Source of the DNA: Bacteroidota bacterium
Lineage (GTDB): Bacteria > Bacteroidota > Bacteroidia > Sphingobacteriales > Sphingobacteriaceae
Direction: 5' to 3'
Assembly: GCA_013288235.1 (NCBI GenBank)
Contig: JABDCF010000003.1
Coordinates: 13,133 to 77,132, forward strand
Length of the DNA stretch: 64,000 bases
This document shows positions 1 through 9,233 of the stretch, in pieces. A program made the position numbers and the translations under genes. The first letter of the stretch is position 1; each line of letters opens with the position of its first letter. A model generated the notes under the pieces. That model saw only the letters and a list, made by a program, of their open reading frames with translations, was not told where the DNA came from and searched no databases.

Positions 1-602
1 TGATAGAAGTTTCGCCGGGGCAGGATTATGATATTTTAAGCTGGGGCAGGGGTTCATCAAAAGTGGGCGCGTTTGAAATTTTACATTCTGACTCTGCCGC
101 TGCTAAATTCACTACTACCACAGGCGATCTTGATGGCGCCATTGTTGATGTTTTTAATACAGACATGGACCTTGATGGCAATCCGGAGATATTGATACAA
201 ACGAAAGGTAATGATACGCTTTACTATACCCATGTTTTTGCCTTTGAATTCACCAACGGCAAAGCTGAAAAGCTGGATTTCCCAAAGCTAACCGAAAAGT
301 ATAAAAAGGGATACAGGGGCAACGATAATTTTTATGTAAAGGATGGCCAGCTCATCCGCGAATTCCCCATTTATGATGGCAATGGAAAAGATGCCAAAAC
401 AACAGGGGCAAAGCGTCAGTTGCTATATGGTTTACGCAATAATAGTTTTACGGTAAAGCAATTAAGCAAAGATTCCACAAACGTTACTTCTGCTAAGCCG
501 GTTAAAATTACAGCTGTACAAAATTCGCAGCCTAAAAAGAAAATTACTTCTGAAAAAAAGCATAAAAAGAAGCACAGAAGGCATCATAGCGATGAGGGAT
601 AA
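1..602 (+). CDS. 5'-truncated exported protein, PliI-like (lysozyme inhibitor-like) with basic C-terminal tail
   Basis: The frame is open from position 3 (IEVSPGQDYDILSWGRG...). Motifs DMDLDGNPEI, GYRGNDNF and REFPIY...TGAKRQLLY recall Bacteroidota proteins annotated as PliI family. Confidence 0.5.
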   Translation, partial: IEVSPGQDYDILSWGRGSSKVGAFEILHSDSAAAKFTTTTGDLDGAIVDVFNTDMDLDGNPEILIQTKGNDTLYYTHVFAFEFTNGKAEKLDFPKLTEKYKKGYRGNDNFYVKDGQLIREFPIYDGNGKDAKTTGAKRQLLYGLRNNSFTVKQLSKDSTNVTSAKPVKITAVQNSQPKKKITSEKKHKKKHRRHHSDEG

Positions 603-710
603 AAAGCCCGTTAAACATAGATAAAAATTTCCATATTGCGAGTTGTTATTTTACCATCTAAAAAATCCTGCATTGTTTGAACAAGCCTTCAATTTCTGCT
701 TCAGAAAAAA

Positions 711-728
711 AAATATTCCGGAATATTT
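711..728. promoter_or_regulatory. Perfect 18-bp palindrome upstream of TA operon (candidate operator)
   Basis: AAATATTCC|GGAATATTT, with a TATCTTTG -7 element at 775-782. Confidence 0.4.
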
Positions 729-799
729 ACATTTTCACCAGGCTTCGCCATAAACAAATTTAAGTAGTTTTAATTATCTTTGAATAAACACCAACAAAA

Positions 800-1003
800 A
801 TGATTATTGAACGAAATAGTAAAGAGGTCATTATAAGATTACCGGCTTCTATAAATACAGATGACTTACAGGATTTTATTGACTATACCCGCTATAAAGA
901 ACTTACTTCTAAAAGCATCGCCACTCAAAAGGATATTGATGAACTTGCAGATAAAATAAATAAGGATTGGTGGACAGAAAATAGAAAACGTTTTATTAAG
1001 TGA
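800..1003 (+). CDS. Putative type II antitoxin
   Basis: 67-aa ORF overlapping the PIN gene by GTGA. Ends in IDELADKINKDWW, an acidic/aromatic tail typical of partners of PIN toxins. Confidence 0.7.
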   Translation: MIIERNSKEVIIRLPASINTDDLQDFIDYTRYKELTSKSIATQKDIDELADKINKDWWTENRKRFIK

Positions 1004-1455
1004 AACTAAAAATCGTTGTCGATACCAATATAGTTTTTAGCGCCATTCTAAAGCCAGGGAGCAGAATTGGAAAGATCATTCTAACCTCAAAAAAACATTT
1101 TCAATTTTATACTTGTGATTTTCTAAAAACCGAATTATTAAAGCATAGGGATAAATTACTAAAACTCACTAAACTTTCATCTCACGAACTTGACGAATTA
1201 GAATTCCTGCTCACTAAGAACATTGTTTTTATTAACGAAAACCTACTGCCCGAAAAAATAATTACAACTTCAGAAAATATTTTAACTGGCATTGATTTAA
1301 ATGATACCCCTTTTGTTGCGTTGACTAAACATTTGAAAGCAAAGCTTTGGACTGGAGATAAAGAATTAGCGTTAGGCATTGAAACAAAAAAGTATATTGA
1401 AACATTGACAACCATCCAATTATCAGATTTATTGGATAAATTGGAGAGAAGTTAG
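1000..1455 (+). CDS. PIN-domain (VapC-like) ribonuclease toxin
   Basis: VVDTNIVFSA N-terminal motif, plus DLNDTPFVAL and LWTGDKEL acidic PIN motifs. Confidence 0.88.
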   Translation: MKLKIVVDTNIVFSAILKPGSRIGKIILTSKKHFQFYTCDFLKTELLKHRDKLLKLTKLSSHELDELEFLLTKNIVFINENLLPEKIITTSENILTGIDLNDTPFVALTKHLKAKLWTGDKELALGIETKKYIETLTTIQLSDLLDKLERS

Positions 1456-1468
1456 CCAAAGTAATATC

Positions 1469-2347
1469 TCAGACCTTCGCGCCTAAAACCCACCGCCATG
1501 CCCAGCGGGTGGCGCGGTTAAAGCCTTTCCACTCATCAACAAATTTAATGATGTCGTTAAGGCAGGTTTCGCTGAATTTCTTTTTGAAATTACGGGCAGC
1601 CAGCTTATACACTTGCTGGGGATTTTCGAGGCCAATGCGTTCGTATATTTCTTTTTTTACGTACATGGTACGCACAAACAGAATATTGAACAAAATTACA
1701 TAACTGTATAAAGTGCGTTTTATGTATCCGGCTTTTTCGGAATATGTTTTTAAAAGGCTTTTGGTAAAAAGTATATGACGGGCTTCTTCGATGTTATGCA
1801 AATCAAACATCTTTTTTAAAACGGGATAAATATTTGGCGTCCGCCGGGCATAATTGCCATAAACATCGGTAACCAGTTCAACAGAAACACTGCCCATAAA
1901 AAGGTAATCGGCAGGGAGGTATTTATTGCTGAATTCACCAAAAAATTTGTGTATTCGCGACTGTTTTATAGGGCTGCCGCCGATCTTTTGAATAGCCTGG
2001 CCAAACATTTCCTGGTGCCTGAATTCCTCGATCAGCTCCCTTAGTAAGAACCGGTGTTCAACATCATCTAACGGAAGCGTAAGTATATGCCTTGTCATAA
2101 AAAGGCAAAACAAGCACTCGCCCCATGCATAGGATGCTATTACCTGTACCAGCTCATGCCTGCCGAGATCCAGTTTTTGGGTAGGGGTAAGGGTATCATA
2201 TATCTCAAACCCGTGCAGGGAAGTTAGCATTTCGGGCAGAAAAATATCCTCCGGTTTTGGTTCAACATCCCAGGGGATATATGTTTCCGGCATTAAGGGA
2301 TGTTCCTTACTGATCTTTATTAAACGCTCAACCTCATTTACATCCAT
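1469..2347 (-). CDS. AurF-like ferritin-fold diiron oxygenase
   Basis: Paired ExxH motifs (EEFRH, EEARH) plus WGE and VE ligands; 292 aa. Confidence 0.8.
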   Translation of the reverse strand: MDVNEVERLIKISKEHPLMPETYIPWDVEPKPEDIFLPEMLTSLHGFEIYDTLTPTQKLDLGRHELVQVIASYAWGECLFCLFMTRHILTLPLDDVEHRFLLRELIEEFRHQEMFGQAIQKIGGSPIKQSRIHKFFGEFSNKYLPADYLFMGSVSVELVTDVYGNYARRTPNIYPVLKKMFDLHNIEEARHILFTKSLLKTYSEKAGYIKRTLYSYVILFNILFVRTMYVKKEIYERIGLENPQQVYKLAARNFKKKFSETCLNDIIKFVDEWKGFNRATRWAWRWVLGAKV

Positions 2348-2368
2348 AAAGCAAATTTACGTAATAAC

Positions 2369-2396
2369 ATGCAGACACGATGTATTGCATCTCTAC
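2369..2396 (-). repeat. GTAG-type REP-like hairpin
   Basis: Minus strand reads GTAG-AGATGCAAT-AC-ATCGTGTCT, i.e. GTAG followed by an imperfect hairpin. Confidence 0.55.
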
Positions 2397-2430
2397 GTAT
2401 TATTACCCGGAATCATTTTATTTGGTTGCC

Positions 2431-2859
2431 TTAAGCAAACAGCTGCCCTATATCCTTAAACGATTTAAATTCAAGGGCATTGCCAGATGGGTCTAAAAAG
2501 AATAGTGTTGCCTGTTCGCCGGGCAAGCCTTTAAAACGGATATAAGGCTCTATTACGAATTTGATGTTGTTTTCTTTTAGTCTTTTCTCAAGCGCATGCC
2601 ATTCATCCCATTCCAAAACAACGCCATAGTGGGGTATAGGTACATCATGGCCGTCAACAGGGTTAAAATGATGTTTAACATCTTCGGCGGGTCGTGGTTT
2701 TAAATGTATAACAAACTGGTGGCCATACAGGTTAAAATCTGTCCATATATCCGAGCTGCGCCCTTCGCTGCAGCCCAATACTTCCCTGTAAAATTTTCTT
2801 GCTTCTTCTATATCGTACACCGGTACGGCTACGTGGAATGGGGTTAATTTATTTTGCAT
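2431..2859 (-). CDS. VOC/glyoxalase family protein
   Basis: [26 protein letters not shown] and [10 protein letters not shown] motifs. Confidence 0.9.
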   Translation of the reverse strand: MQNKLTPFHVAVPVYDIEEARKFYREVLGCSEGRSSDIWTDFNLYGHQFVIHLKPRPAEDVKHHFNPVDGHDVPIPHYGVVLEWDEWHALEKRLKENNIKFVIEPYIRFKGLPGEQATLFFLDPSGNALEFKSFKDIGQLFA

Positions 2860-2990
2860 TGGTTGATCGGGTTGATTAAGTTGATTAGGTTGAATAAGTT
2901 AGATTTGGTTCATTGTGTTATAAAGGTTGCTGTTGTTAAGTATTTTAACTACTTACCAAATAAACTCAATCAACCACTCACTTAATCAAC
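2860..2990. repeat. Inverted tandem 9-mer element, family A ((G/A)GTTGATTA units)
   Basis: Left arm GGTTGATCG GGTTGATTA AGTTGATTA GGTTGAATA; right arm CAATCAACCACTCACTTAATCAAC. Confidence 0.8.
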
Positions 2991-5719
2991 TACTTTACAT
3001 TATACCTAAAAATCTGCCGGCCTAAGTTACCATCTTTATCAATACCTTCAATGGTAACGCGGTACGTTCCGGGGCTATCAGGATTAAAGTATTCAACGGA
3101 GGCGCTGCCGGTTTTATCGGTGTTTACATTAGGGTTCCAGTAAATTGTGGTACGTATATCAAGCTTGTTTGATTGGGTTTGCCTCGGCCCTGTGTAACGG
3201 GGTAAATAAAACGTCCTTATTGCAGCATAACCCTGTGGGTTAAAAGTTATCTCGTTTTTTTGCGGTATCAGGCTTTTTAAGTCCTGGTAGCTTATTTTTG
3301 TGCCTTCCGGCATTTTTTTCAGGTTAACTACAATGGCGCCGTTGGTGCCGTAAGCGCTATTTATCAGGCCCAGTTCATCTTTAAAAAACACTTCCACAGT
3401 TTCAATTTCAGACGGATTAATTGTATTTAACGTGTTGACATCTACCGGGGCCCCCCTTAAAAATATCGCCGCCGGCGTTCTGTTGCCCGCCGTATAGTCC
3501 CTCATTACATAAAAATTATTATCCTGAAAAGTCATGCCCCCGGCAAGCGCTTTTATGCATTCCAAAGCATTTGCGCAACCTTCAAGTTGTTGGCTTGTAA
3601 TAAGACGGTCTGGCTGGTCGCTTAAGCTTGTTAAACTTCCATAGTCTTTATGGCTCGCCAGTTTAACTATCTTGGTATCCTTAATCACTACTTCTTTTAA
3701 TATATGCGAATCAATGAATTGCATTTTGCTATTCTTTAAATACGGGCTAAGCGCACTGTCTATGTTTAGCATCCCATCGGGCGCGTTGTAATTTATCGGG
3801 GCATTTTGGGCTGGCTCGTTGTCAACTGTAAGCACAAGGTCGGCGGCGCGGTCGTTACCGCGTGCGCTTAAAGTAACTTTAGTGGAATCTGAAAATATAA
3901 GGTCTTGAAATTTAAAGCGGCCTTCAACATCGGTAGTGGCATTGGCGCTAAAACTTTTATCTGGAATAGTTAAATGTACATTGCCACGATTAACAGGTAT
4001 ACCACTTGAAGCCCGCAACGAGCCAGTGATGTCAATACCCTTTTCGGCGCCAAAATTTATAGCCGGAAATTTGTTATTAAGGATATCATCATATGAAAAA
4101 CGGCGATAACCTTGCGTCATTAATAAAACATCAAGATCGGCCTGTGCTTTTGCATCCGGATGATTGAAATAATAATTAGGTTTTTCTATATATCCCTTAA
4201 TATCCGATGTTAGCAGTAAATTAGTTAATATAGTTGTTTCGGCATTTTCATCAAACGGAACTTTTGTTTCATCAATTACCGAAACAGAGAAGTTGCCCTC
4301 ATCCGGCTGTCCGTCATTCTTGGCGGCTATATTTAATTTTGCCATTTGCCTCGTATCATAAGTAGGATGGTCACTGCTAACAGCCAAATTCAACTGGTCG
4401 TTATGCTGTATAAATGCTATACGTTCGCTTATTGGCTCACCGTCAAATGTGAAAAGCGTCACCTGCACTATGCCTGTCGGGAATTTGCTTTTAGGGACTG
4501 AGGCGCCGTAAAACTGGTTTTGTAAAACTGCTTTTGCAGCATAACATATAACACCACTTGATTTAGCCAGGATAAAGAAAGTTTTACCCCCATAATCTTT
4601 AATGAATGCCGGGTCGGCTTGTAGTTTGATGCCTAAAACATCCGGATCGTTATTTTCAATGCTCAGGCTTATGTCATCGGTAATCATCTTGGGTAATTCA
4701 GGGGTAGCCTTTGACCCATCGGCAAATGTTACGTTCGCAGTATAAGTTTTGCCGTCTTCGGGCGCAAACATAAAAAAACCCATCCCTAAATGCGAGGATG
4801 AAAATTGCGCTACCACATTGTTGGTATTATCAGTAATAGTACCGGTTACATCAATTCCGGTACCATCTGGTTTTATCGCTTTAAAAGCCACTTTTGTGCG
4901 TAAGCCAATTATAAGCTGGCCGCCTTCCGGAAAAAACTGAATGTCGTTTGGTTTGGAAATGGATTTTAGCGGGAAGGTATTAGTGGCCTGTTTTTGCTTA
5001 TCGTTATCTATGACAGTTACCATATTGGCCGAATCGAGGCTTAAGTTTTTAAGGTTTATAAAACTGATATCGATAAACCCGTTTTTGTCCGTTAATCCTC
5101 TTCCTTTAGCTATTGTTTCGTCTTCCCTTATCACCGTCCAGCTTACTTTTTTATCAACGAGCGGATTGCCCTGGTCATCTTTATAATAAATGCCGGCCGA
5201 AATTTTTGGTAATTTATTTACAGTAGCAGTTTTTAAAGAAATATTGGTGGATACCGGGTTATTTATAGCATCGCCAATGGTGATGTTTTTATTAAAAAAA
5301 TAGGCAGGCCCTGCATTATTCATATACATAGTATAGGCAACAACCCGGTAATTTCCCTTTTTGTAGGTGTATTGCGAAACCGGAAAACTACCCCAGCCGA
5401 CGCTGTTTTTTACCTGTAATTTTACCGACTGCATTACTGAGTCGGTCGGACTTAAAATATCAACATAAATAACTTTACTTAAGCCTGATGGCTGGTGATG
5501 ATAAAGCGTTAAATAAGCTTTAAACCAAATGGTGTCGCCTAAGGCATAGTAGGGTTTATCAAAATGCAGGTAAACCTTTTCAGTGGGGAAACTGGTGTAT
5601 AAAGTAGCGCTCTTAGTCATGATCTGGTTTAATACCGACACGTCATTCTGAGCGGATGCAGGAGAATAAAAAACAATTAAAAACAGAAAAAGAGAAAAGA
5701 ATATTTTAAAAAATTTCAT
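2990..5719 (-). CDS. Large exported protein with MG2-like N-terminus, carboxypeptidase-regulatory-like and TonB-plug-like domains
   Basis: Signal peptide from MKFFKIFF (likely start 5719). Motifs EKVYLHFDKPYY.GDTIWFKAY, FFPEGG, DVLLMTQGYRRF and C-terminal RTTIYWNP...GTYRVTIEG. Confidence 0.75.
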   Translation of the reverse strand: MKFFKIFFSLFLFLIVFYSPASAQNDVSVLNQIMTKSATLYTSFPTEKVYLHFDKPYYALGDTIWFKAYLTLYHHQPSGLSKVIYVDILSPTDSVMQSVKLQVKNSVGWGSFPVSQYTYKKGNYRVVAYTMYMNNAGPAYFFNKNITIGDAINNPVSTNISLKTATVNKLPKISAGIYYKDDQGNPLVDKKVSWTVIREDETIAKGRGLTDKNGFIDISFINLKNLSLDSANMVTVIDNDKQKQATNTFPLKSISKPNDIQFFPEGGQLIIGLRTKVAFKAIKPDGTGIDVTGTITDNTNNVVAQFSSSHLGMGFFMFAPEDGKTYTANVTFADGSKATPELPKMITDDISLSIENNDPDVLGIKLQADPAFIKDYGGKTFFILAKSSGVICYAAKAVLQNQFYGASVPKSKFPTGIVQVTLFTFDGEPISERIAFIQHNDQLNLAVSSDHPTYDTRQMAKLNIAAKNDGQPDEGNFSVSVIDETKVPFDENAETTILTNLLLTSDIKGYIEKPNYYFNHPDAKAQADLDVLLMTQGYRRFSYDDILNNKFPAINFGAEKGIDITGSLRASSGIPVNRGNVHLTIPDKSFSANATTDVEGRFKFQDLIFSDSTKVTLSARGNDRAADLVLTVDNEPAQNAPINYNAPDGMLNIDSALSPYLKNSKMQFIDSHILKEVVIKDTKIVKLASHKDYGSLTSLSDQPDRLITSQQLEGCANALECIKALAGGMTFQDNNFYVMRDYTAGNRTPAAIFLRGAPVDVNTLNTINPSEIETVEVFFKDELGLINSAYGTNGAIVVNLKKMPEGTKISYQDLKSLIPQKNEITFNPQGYAAIRTFYLPRYTGPRQTQSNKLDIRTTIYWNPNVNTDKTGSASVEYFNPDSPGTYRVTIEGIDKDGNLGRQIFRYNVK

Positions 5720-5825
5720 AATTGGAGATTTATCCGGCTGTAGCTGGCTAATATAGCCCATTGACAGTTAAAAATGATAAAAAGGGTGATACTTTAACAT
5801 TTTTTTACACATGATAACAATAGTT

Positions 5826-7082
5826 TTACTTAACAACTATCTGCACCGTATTCCTGCTTACCTGTTCAAGTAAAACAGTTTTGTCGGCTGCTAAAGCACT
5901 TAGCGAAGAAGGTGTATAATGCCGCATGGTGATTAAAGAAAGCCCGTCATTATATTTTACCTTAAAATCATGACTTAACGCTTGTAATAGCTTTTTAAAC
6001 CTTTCCTCATAAAGGTCGATGCAAACTGTAAAACTAAGGGCCGAAGTTTGCATCATATTTACTTTAACATGGCACTTTGAAAAAAAACCAAAGATTTCGC
6101 TTAAATGGTTTTCCGAAATAAAAGAATAATCCTTTGCGGATACCGATAACAATACCTGGTTTTGCTTTAGAATAATTATCGGCTTTAAAAACTGGTTAAC
6201 CGCATTATCTTTAATAACAGTTCCGGGGGCTTCAGGATCGGTAAAGGATTTTACCATTAATGGTATTTTGGCATTTTGTAGCGGTTTTATAGTTTTGGGG
6301 TGGATAACGCTGGCGCCATAAAAAGTCATTTCGATAGCTTCGTTATAACTTAGCTCATCAAACTTAACTGTATCCTCAAAAAATTTAGGGTCGGCGTTTA
6401 ATATGCCGGGAACATCTTTCCAGGTAGTTACCGATTCAGCGCCTAAGCAGGCAGCGAAAATTGAAGCGGTGTAATCCGACCCTTCGCGCCCTAAAGTGGT
6501 GGTAAAATTCTCGGATGTGCCACCCAAAAAACCTTGCGTAACCACTATACTATTTTGTAACAACCCGGGAATATCACGGTTGATAACAAAACGCGTTTTA
6601 TCCCATTGCACTATGCCTTCACGATAAGTATTATCCGTATGAATATAACCGCGCACATCCAGCCACCGGCTTTTTATGCCGGCTTTATTCAAATATGCAT
6701 TAACAATGCGGGTTGCCACCAGTTCGCCGATGGAAACTATTTGATCATAGGTGAAATCGTAATCGTCATGCGGCTCATCCTCAATTATCCAGTCGATCTC
6801 CACAAAAGTATTGGCTACCTCATCAAAAACCGGATGCGAACGCTCGAACAACTGTTCTAAAATGGTGTAATGATATTTCTTTACATTTTCAAAAATATCA
6901 TGTACGGTATCGTCACCATCAATATATGCTTTTGTAAGTTTTTCGAGCGCATTGGTGGTTTTGCCCATTGCAGAAACAACGATGACCAATTGTTCGCCCT
7001 CAAACCTTTTAACAACACTGGCAAGGTTAACTATACCATCGGCATCTTTTACAGATGCCCCTCCAAATTTAAATACAAGCAT
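5826..7082 (-). CDS. lysC: Aspartate kinase
   Basis: VFKFGGASV, VVSAMGKTTN, TTLGREGSDYTA, DVPGILNADP. Confidence 0.95.
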   Translation of the reverse strand: MLVFKFGGASVKDADGIVNLASVVKRFEGEQLVIVVSAMGKTTNALEKLTKAYIDGDDTVHDIFENVKKYHYTILEQLFERSHPVFDEVANTFVEIDWIIEDEPHDDYDFTYDQIVSIGELVATRIVNAYLNKAGIKSRWLDVRGYIHTDNTYREGIVQWDKTRFVINRDIPGLLQNSIVVTQGFLGGTSENFTTTLGREGSDYTASIFAACLGAESVTTWKDVPGILNADPKFFEDTVKFDELSYNEAIEMTFYGASVIHPKTIKPLQNAKIPLMVKSFTDPEAPGTVIKDNAVNQFLKPIIILKQNQVLLSVSAKDYSFISENHLSEIFGFFSKCHVKVNMMQTSALSFTVCIDLYEERFKKLLQALSHDFKVKYNDGLSLITMRHYTPSSLSALAADKTVLLEQVSRNTVQIVVK

Positions 7083-7915
7083 TATTTAATGTATTGCGAA
7101 ACGACCGTATTTGGCCGAAGTAGTGATTTAATTTGTGAATAGGGAATTAATAAGTCGGTTGTGCCTCCCGCGTACGATTTAATTTCATAAGTATTATAAA
7201 AGAAATCGATGCCCAGCGGCGTAATCCTGAAATTGTCATTTAAAGCAAACTCACCATTTTCGAAATTGTAATCGTTCAGTGGTTCGTTCTTACCCAATTT
7301 TTCATCTTTCCGGAATATTTTTTCGGCTATGGCGGTGAATTTGGGGTCGTAATCGTTAACCAGCAGGTCATCTATAGAAATTACCCTATCAGTTTTGGTG
7401 TCCCAGTTGAAATATTCTTCCGAGCTATTGGGATGAGCACCGCCCGACATTTCCTGCTTAACGTCGATAACAATAAGGCTTGAGCCTTGCGTTAATACGC
7501 TGATATTTAATTCATAGGTCATCGGCTGTTGCTGTTCTGATGTACTGTCAACGGATGAATAAACGCCAACAACATCTTTTATTGTTTTTTCAAAATCTTT
7601 TGAGTCTCGGCTTTCTCCGCCCATATAAGGGTTTAAATTATTTAGAATTATTTGTTTTATAGTGTCGTTTAATAGTGAATCTTTATTAAAAACCGGGTAG
7701 TATACTGCGGTATAGCTGCAACCGCCTGCATTTTTACAACTGTCCGTCCGGCTGTCTTCCCCATTGTAAGTATAAGCAAGGGTATCCTTTGAGGATTGTC
7801 GTGCTGATTTATGGGCGCCCTTTCGAATAACTGCCGCTGTGATTTTGCCGAACGCAAAAGTTGCGAATAACAAGGCAAACAATGTACTAAATATGGCGGC
7901 CCTTTTTTGCATCAT
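7082..7915 (-). CDS. DUF3298/DUF4163 (RsiV/PdaC-like) protein
   Basis: Signal peptide, GGAHPN and FFYNTYEIKSYAGG. Confidence 0.8.
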   Translation of the reverse strand: MMQKRAAIFSTLFALLFATFAFGKITAAVIRKGAHKSARQSSKDTLAYTYNGEDSRTDSCKNAGGCSYTAVYYPVFNKDSLLNDTIKQIILNNLNPYMGGESRDSKDFEKTIKDVVGVYSSVDSTSEQQQPMTYELNISVLTQGSSLIVIDVKQEMSGGAHPNSSEEYFNWDTKTDRVISIDDLLVNDYDPKFTAIAEKIFRKDEKLGKNEPLNDYNFENGEFALNDNFRITPLGIDFFYNTYEIKSYAGGTTDLLIPYSQIKSLLRPNTVVSQYIK

Positions 7916-8382
7916 ACTTCCATCCTCAAAAGCTGTTCTTTTGATAAAGCCGCATTTAGCCAGCCTGCTTCGACGACAGCTTCATATTTTTTGTAGAAAT
8001 TGATAGCCGGTTCATTCCAGTCGAGTACCTGCCATGTCATACCGTTAAAGCCCAACTCTTTTGCCTCGGCAATAAGCCTGTCAAACAACAGCTTGCCGAT
8101 GCCTTTACCGCGCATATCCTCTGTAATAATAAGGTCTTCAAGGTACATGCGGCAGCCTTTCCAAGTAGAGTAGCGGATATAATACAGCGCAAAGCCAACT
8201 ATTACACCATTAACTTCTGCCACAAAAGCTTTCCAAACCGGGTTTTTTCCGAAACCGGCATCTTCAAACTCGTCCAGGGTGACGGTAACTTCTTGCGGCG
8301 CCCTTTCAAAAAGCGCGAGCTCATTTACAAGTTCCAGTAAACGCGGACAATCTTCTTTTTTTGCTATTCGTATATTAATCAT
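7912..8382 (-). CDS. GNAT N-acetyltransferase (spermidine/diamine acetyltransferase-like)
   Basis: YSTWKG..YLEDL, RGKGIG and VLDWNEPAINFY. Confidence 0.9.
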   Translation of the reverse strand: MINIRIAKKEDCPRLLELVNELALFERAPQEVTVTLDEFEDAGFGKNPVWKAFVAEVNGVIVGFALYYIRYSTWKGCRMYLEDLIITEDMRGKGIGKLLFDRLIAEAKELGFNGMTWQVLDWNEPAINFYKKYEAVVEAGWLNAALSKEQLLRMEV

Positions 8383-8392
8383 TAGTGGACTA

Positions 8393-8501
8393 TGATTTTT
8401 AAGATTAAAAGATAATAGGATTAGATAACCATCACTTATAGGATTTTAAGATACCAGGATTTTAAAAAGGCAAATCATAAAATCTTTTGATCCTATAAAT
8501 C
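8393..8501. repeat. Inverted tandem ~8-9-mer element, family B (GATTTTAA-like)
   Basis: GATTTTTAA GATTAAAA GATAATAG GATT ... AATCATAA AATCTTTT GATCCTAT AAATC. Confidence 0.6.
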
Positions 8502-9191
8502 TTAGTTGTTTTTCCAGTGTTTTATAATTCTTTGCCCAAATATTGTGCTTCCAAGTCGCACCATATTGCTGCCCTGCTCAATGGCTACTTTATAGTCGGC
8601 AGACATGCCCATCGAAAGTGTGTCAAAAGCTGCATCTTTCCTGAAAAAGCTTTGCTTTATACCGTCAAAAAAGGTTTTAAGCTCATAATACTCTTCTTTT
8701 ACCTGCTTTTCATTGTCGGTATTAGTGGCAATGCCCATCAGGCCCCGGATACGGACATTCTTTAACGCCGCCAGGTCTTCTGAGCGCAACAGCTCAATAG
8801 CCTCATCAAACCCAAGCCCGTATTTTGTTTCCTCATCGGCAATATATATCTGCAAAAGGCAATCTATTACGCGGTTATTTTTTTCCGCATGTTTATTTAT
8901 TTCCTGCAAAAGCTTCATGCTGTCAACCGATTGTATCATGCTGATAAATGGCGCAATGTATTTTACCTTATTGCTTTGCAGGTGGCCTATAAGGTGCCAT
9001 TGTATATCTTTCGGTAGCTGTTCGTACTTTTCAACCAGTTCCTGCACCATGTTTTCGCCAAATAAACGCTGCCCTGCATCATAAGCTTCCTGCACTTCTG
9101 CGGCCGGTTTTGTTTTCGATACTGCTATTAATGTAACCTTTATTGGTACCGTCTCTTTTTTTAAGCTTCTAATATTATCTGCAATGCTCAT
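8502..9191 (-). CDS. yggS: YggS family PLP-binding protein
   Basis: AVSKTK, FGEN, WHLIGHLQSNK, SMGMS.DY, VRLGS. Confidence 0.95.
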   Translation of the reverse strand: MSIADNIRSLKKETVPIKVTLIAVSKTKPAAEVQEAYDAGQRLFGENMVQELVEKYEQLPKDIQWHLIGHLQSNKVKYIAPFISMIQSVDSMKLLQEINKHAEKNNRVIDCLLQIYIADEETKYGLGFDEAIELLRSEDLAALKNVRIRGLMGIATNTDNEKQVKEEYYELKTFFDGIKQSFFRKDAAFDTLSMGMSADYKVAIEQGSNMVRLGSTIFGQRIIKHWKNN

Positions 9192-9233
9192 TTATCCGTA
9201 ATTTTGCTCAATTATAAGCCGCTAAATTACAGA

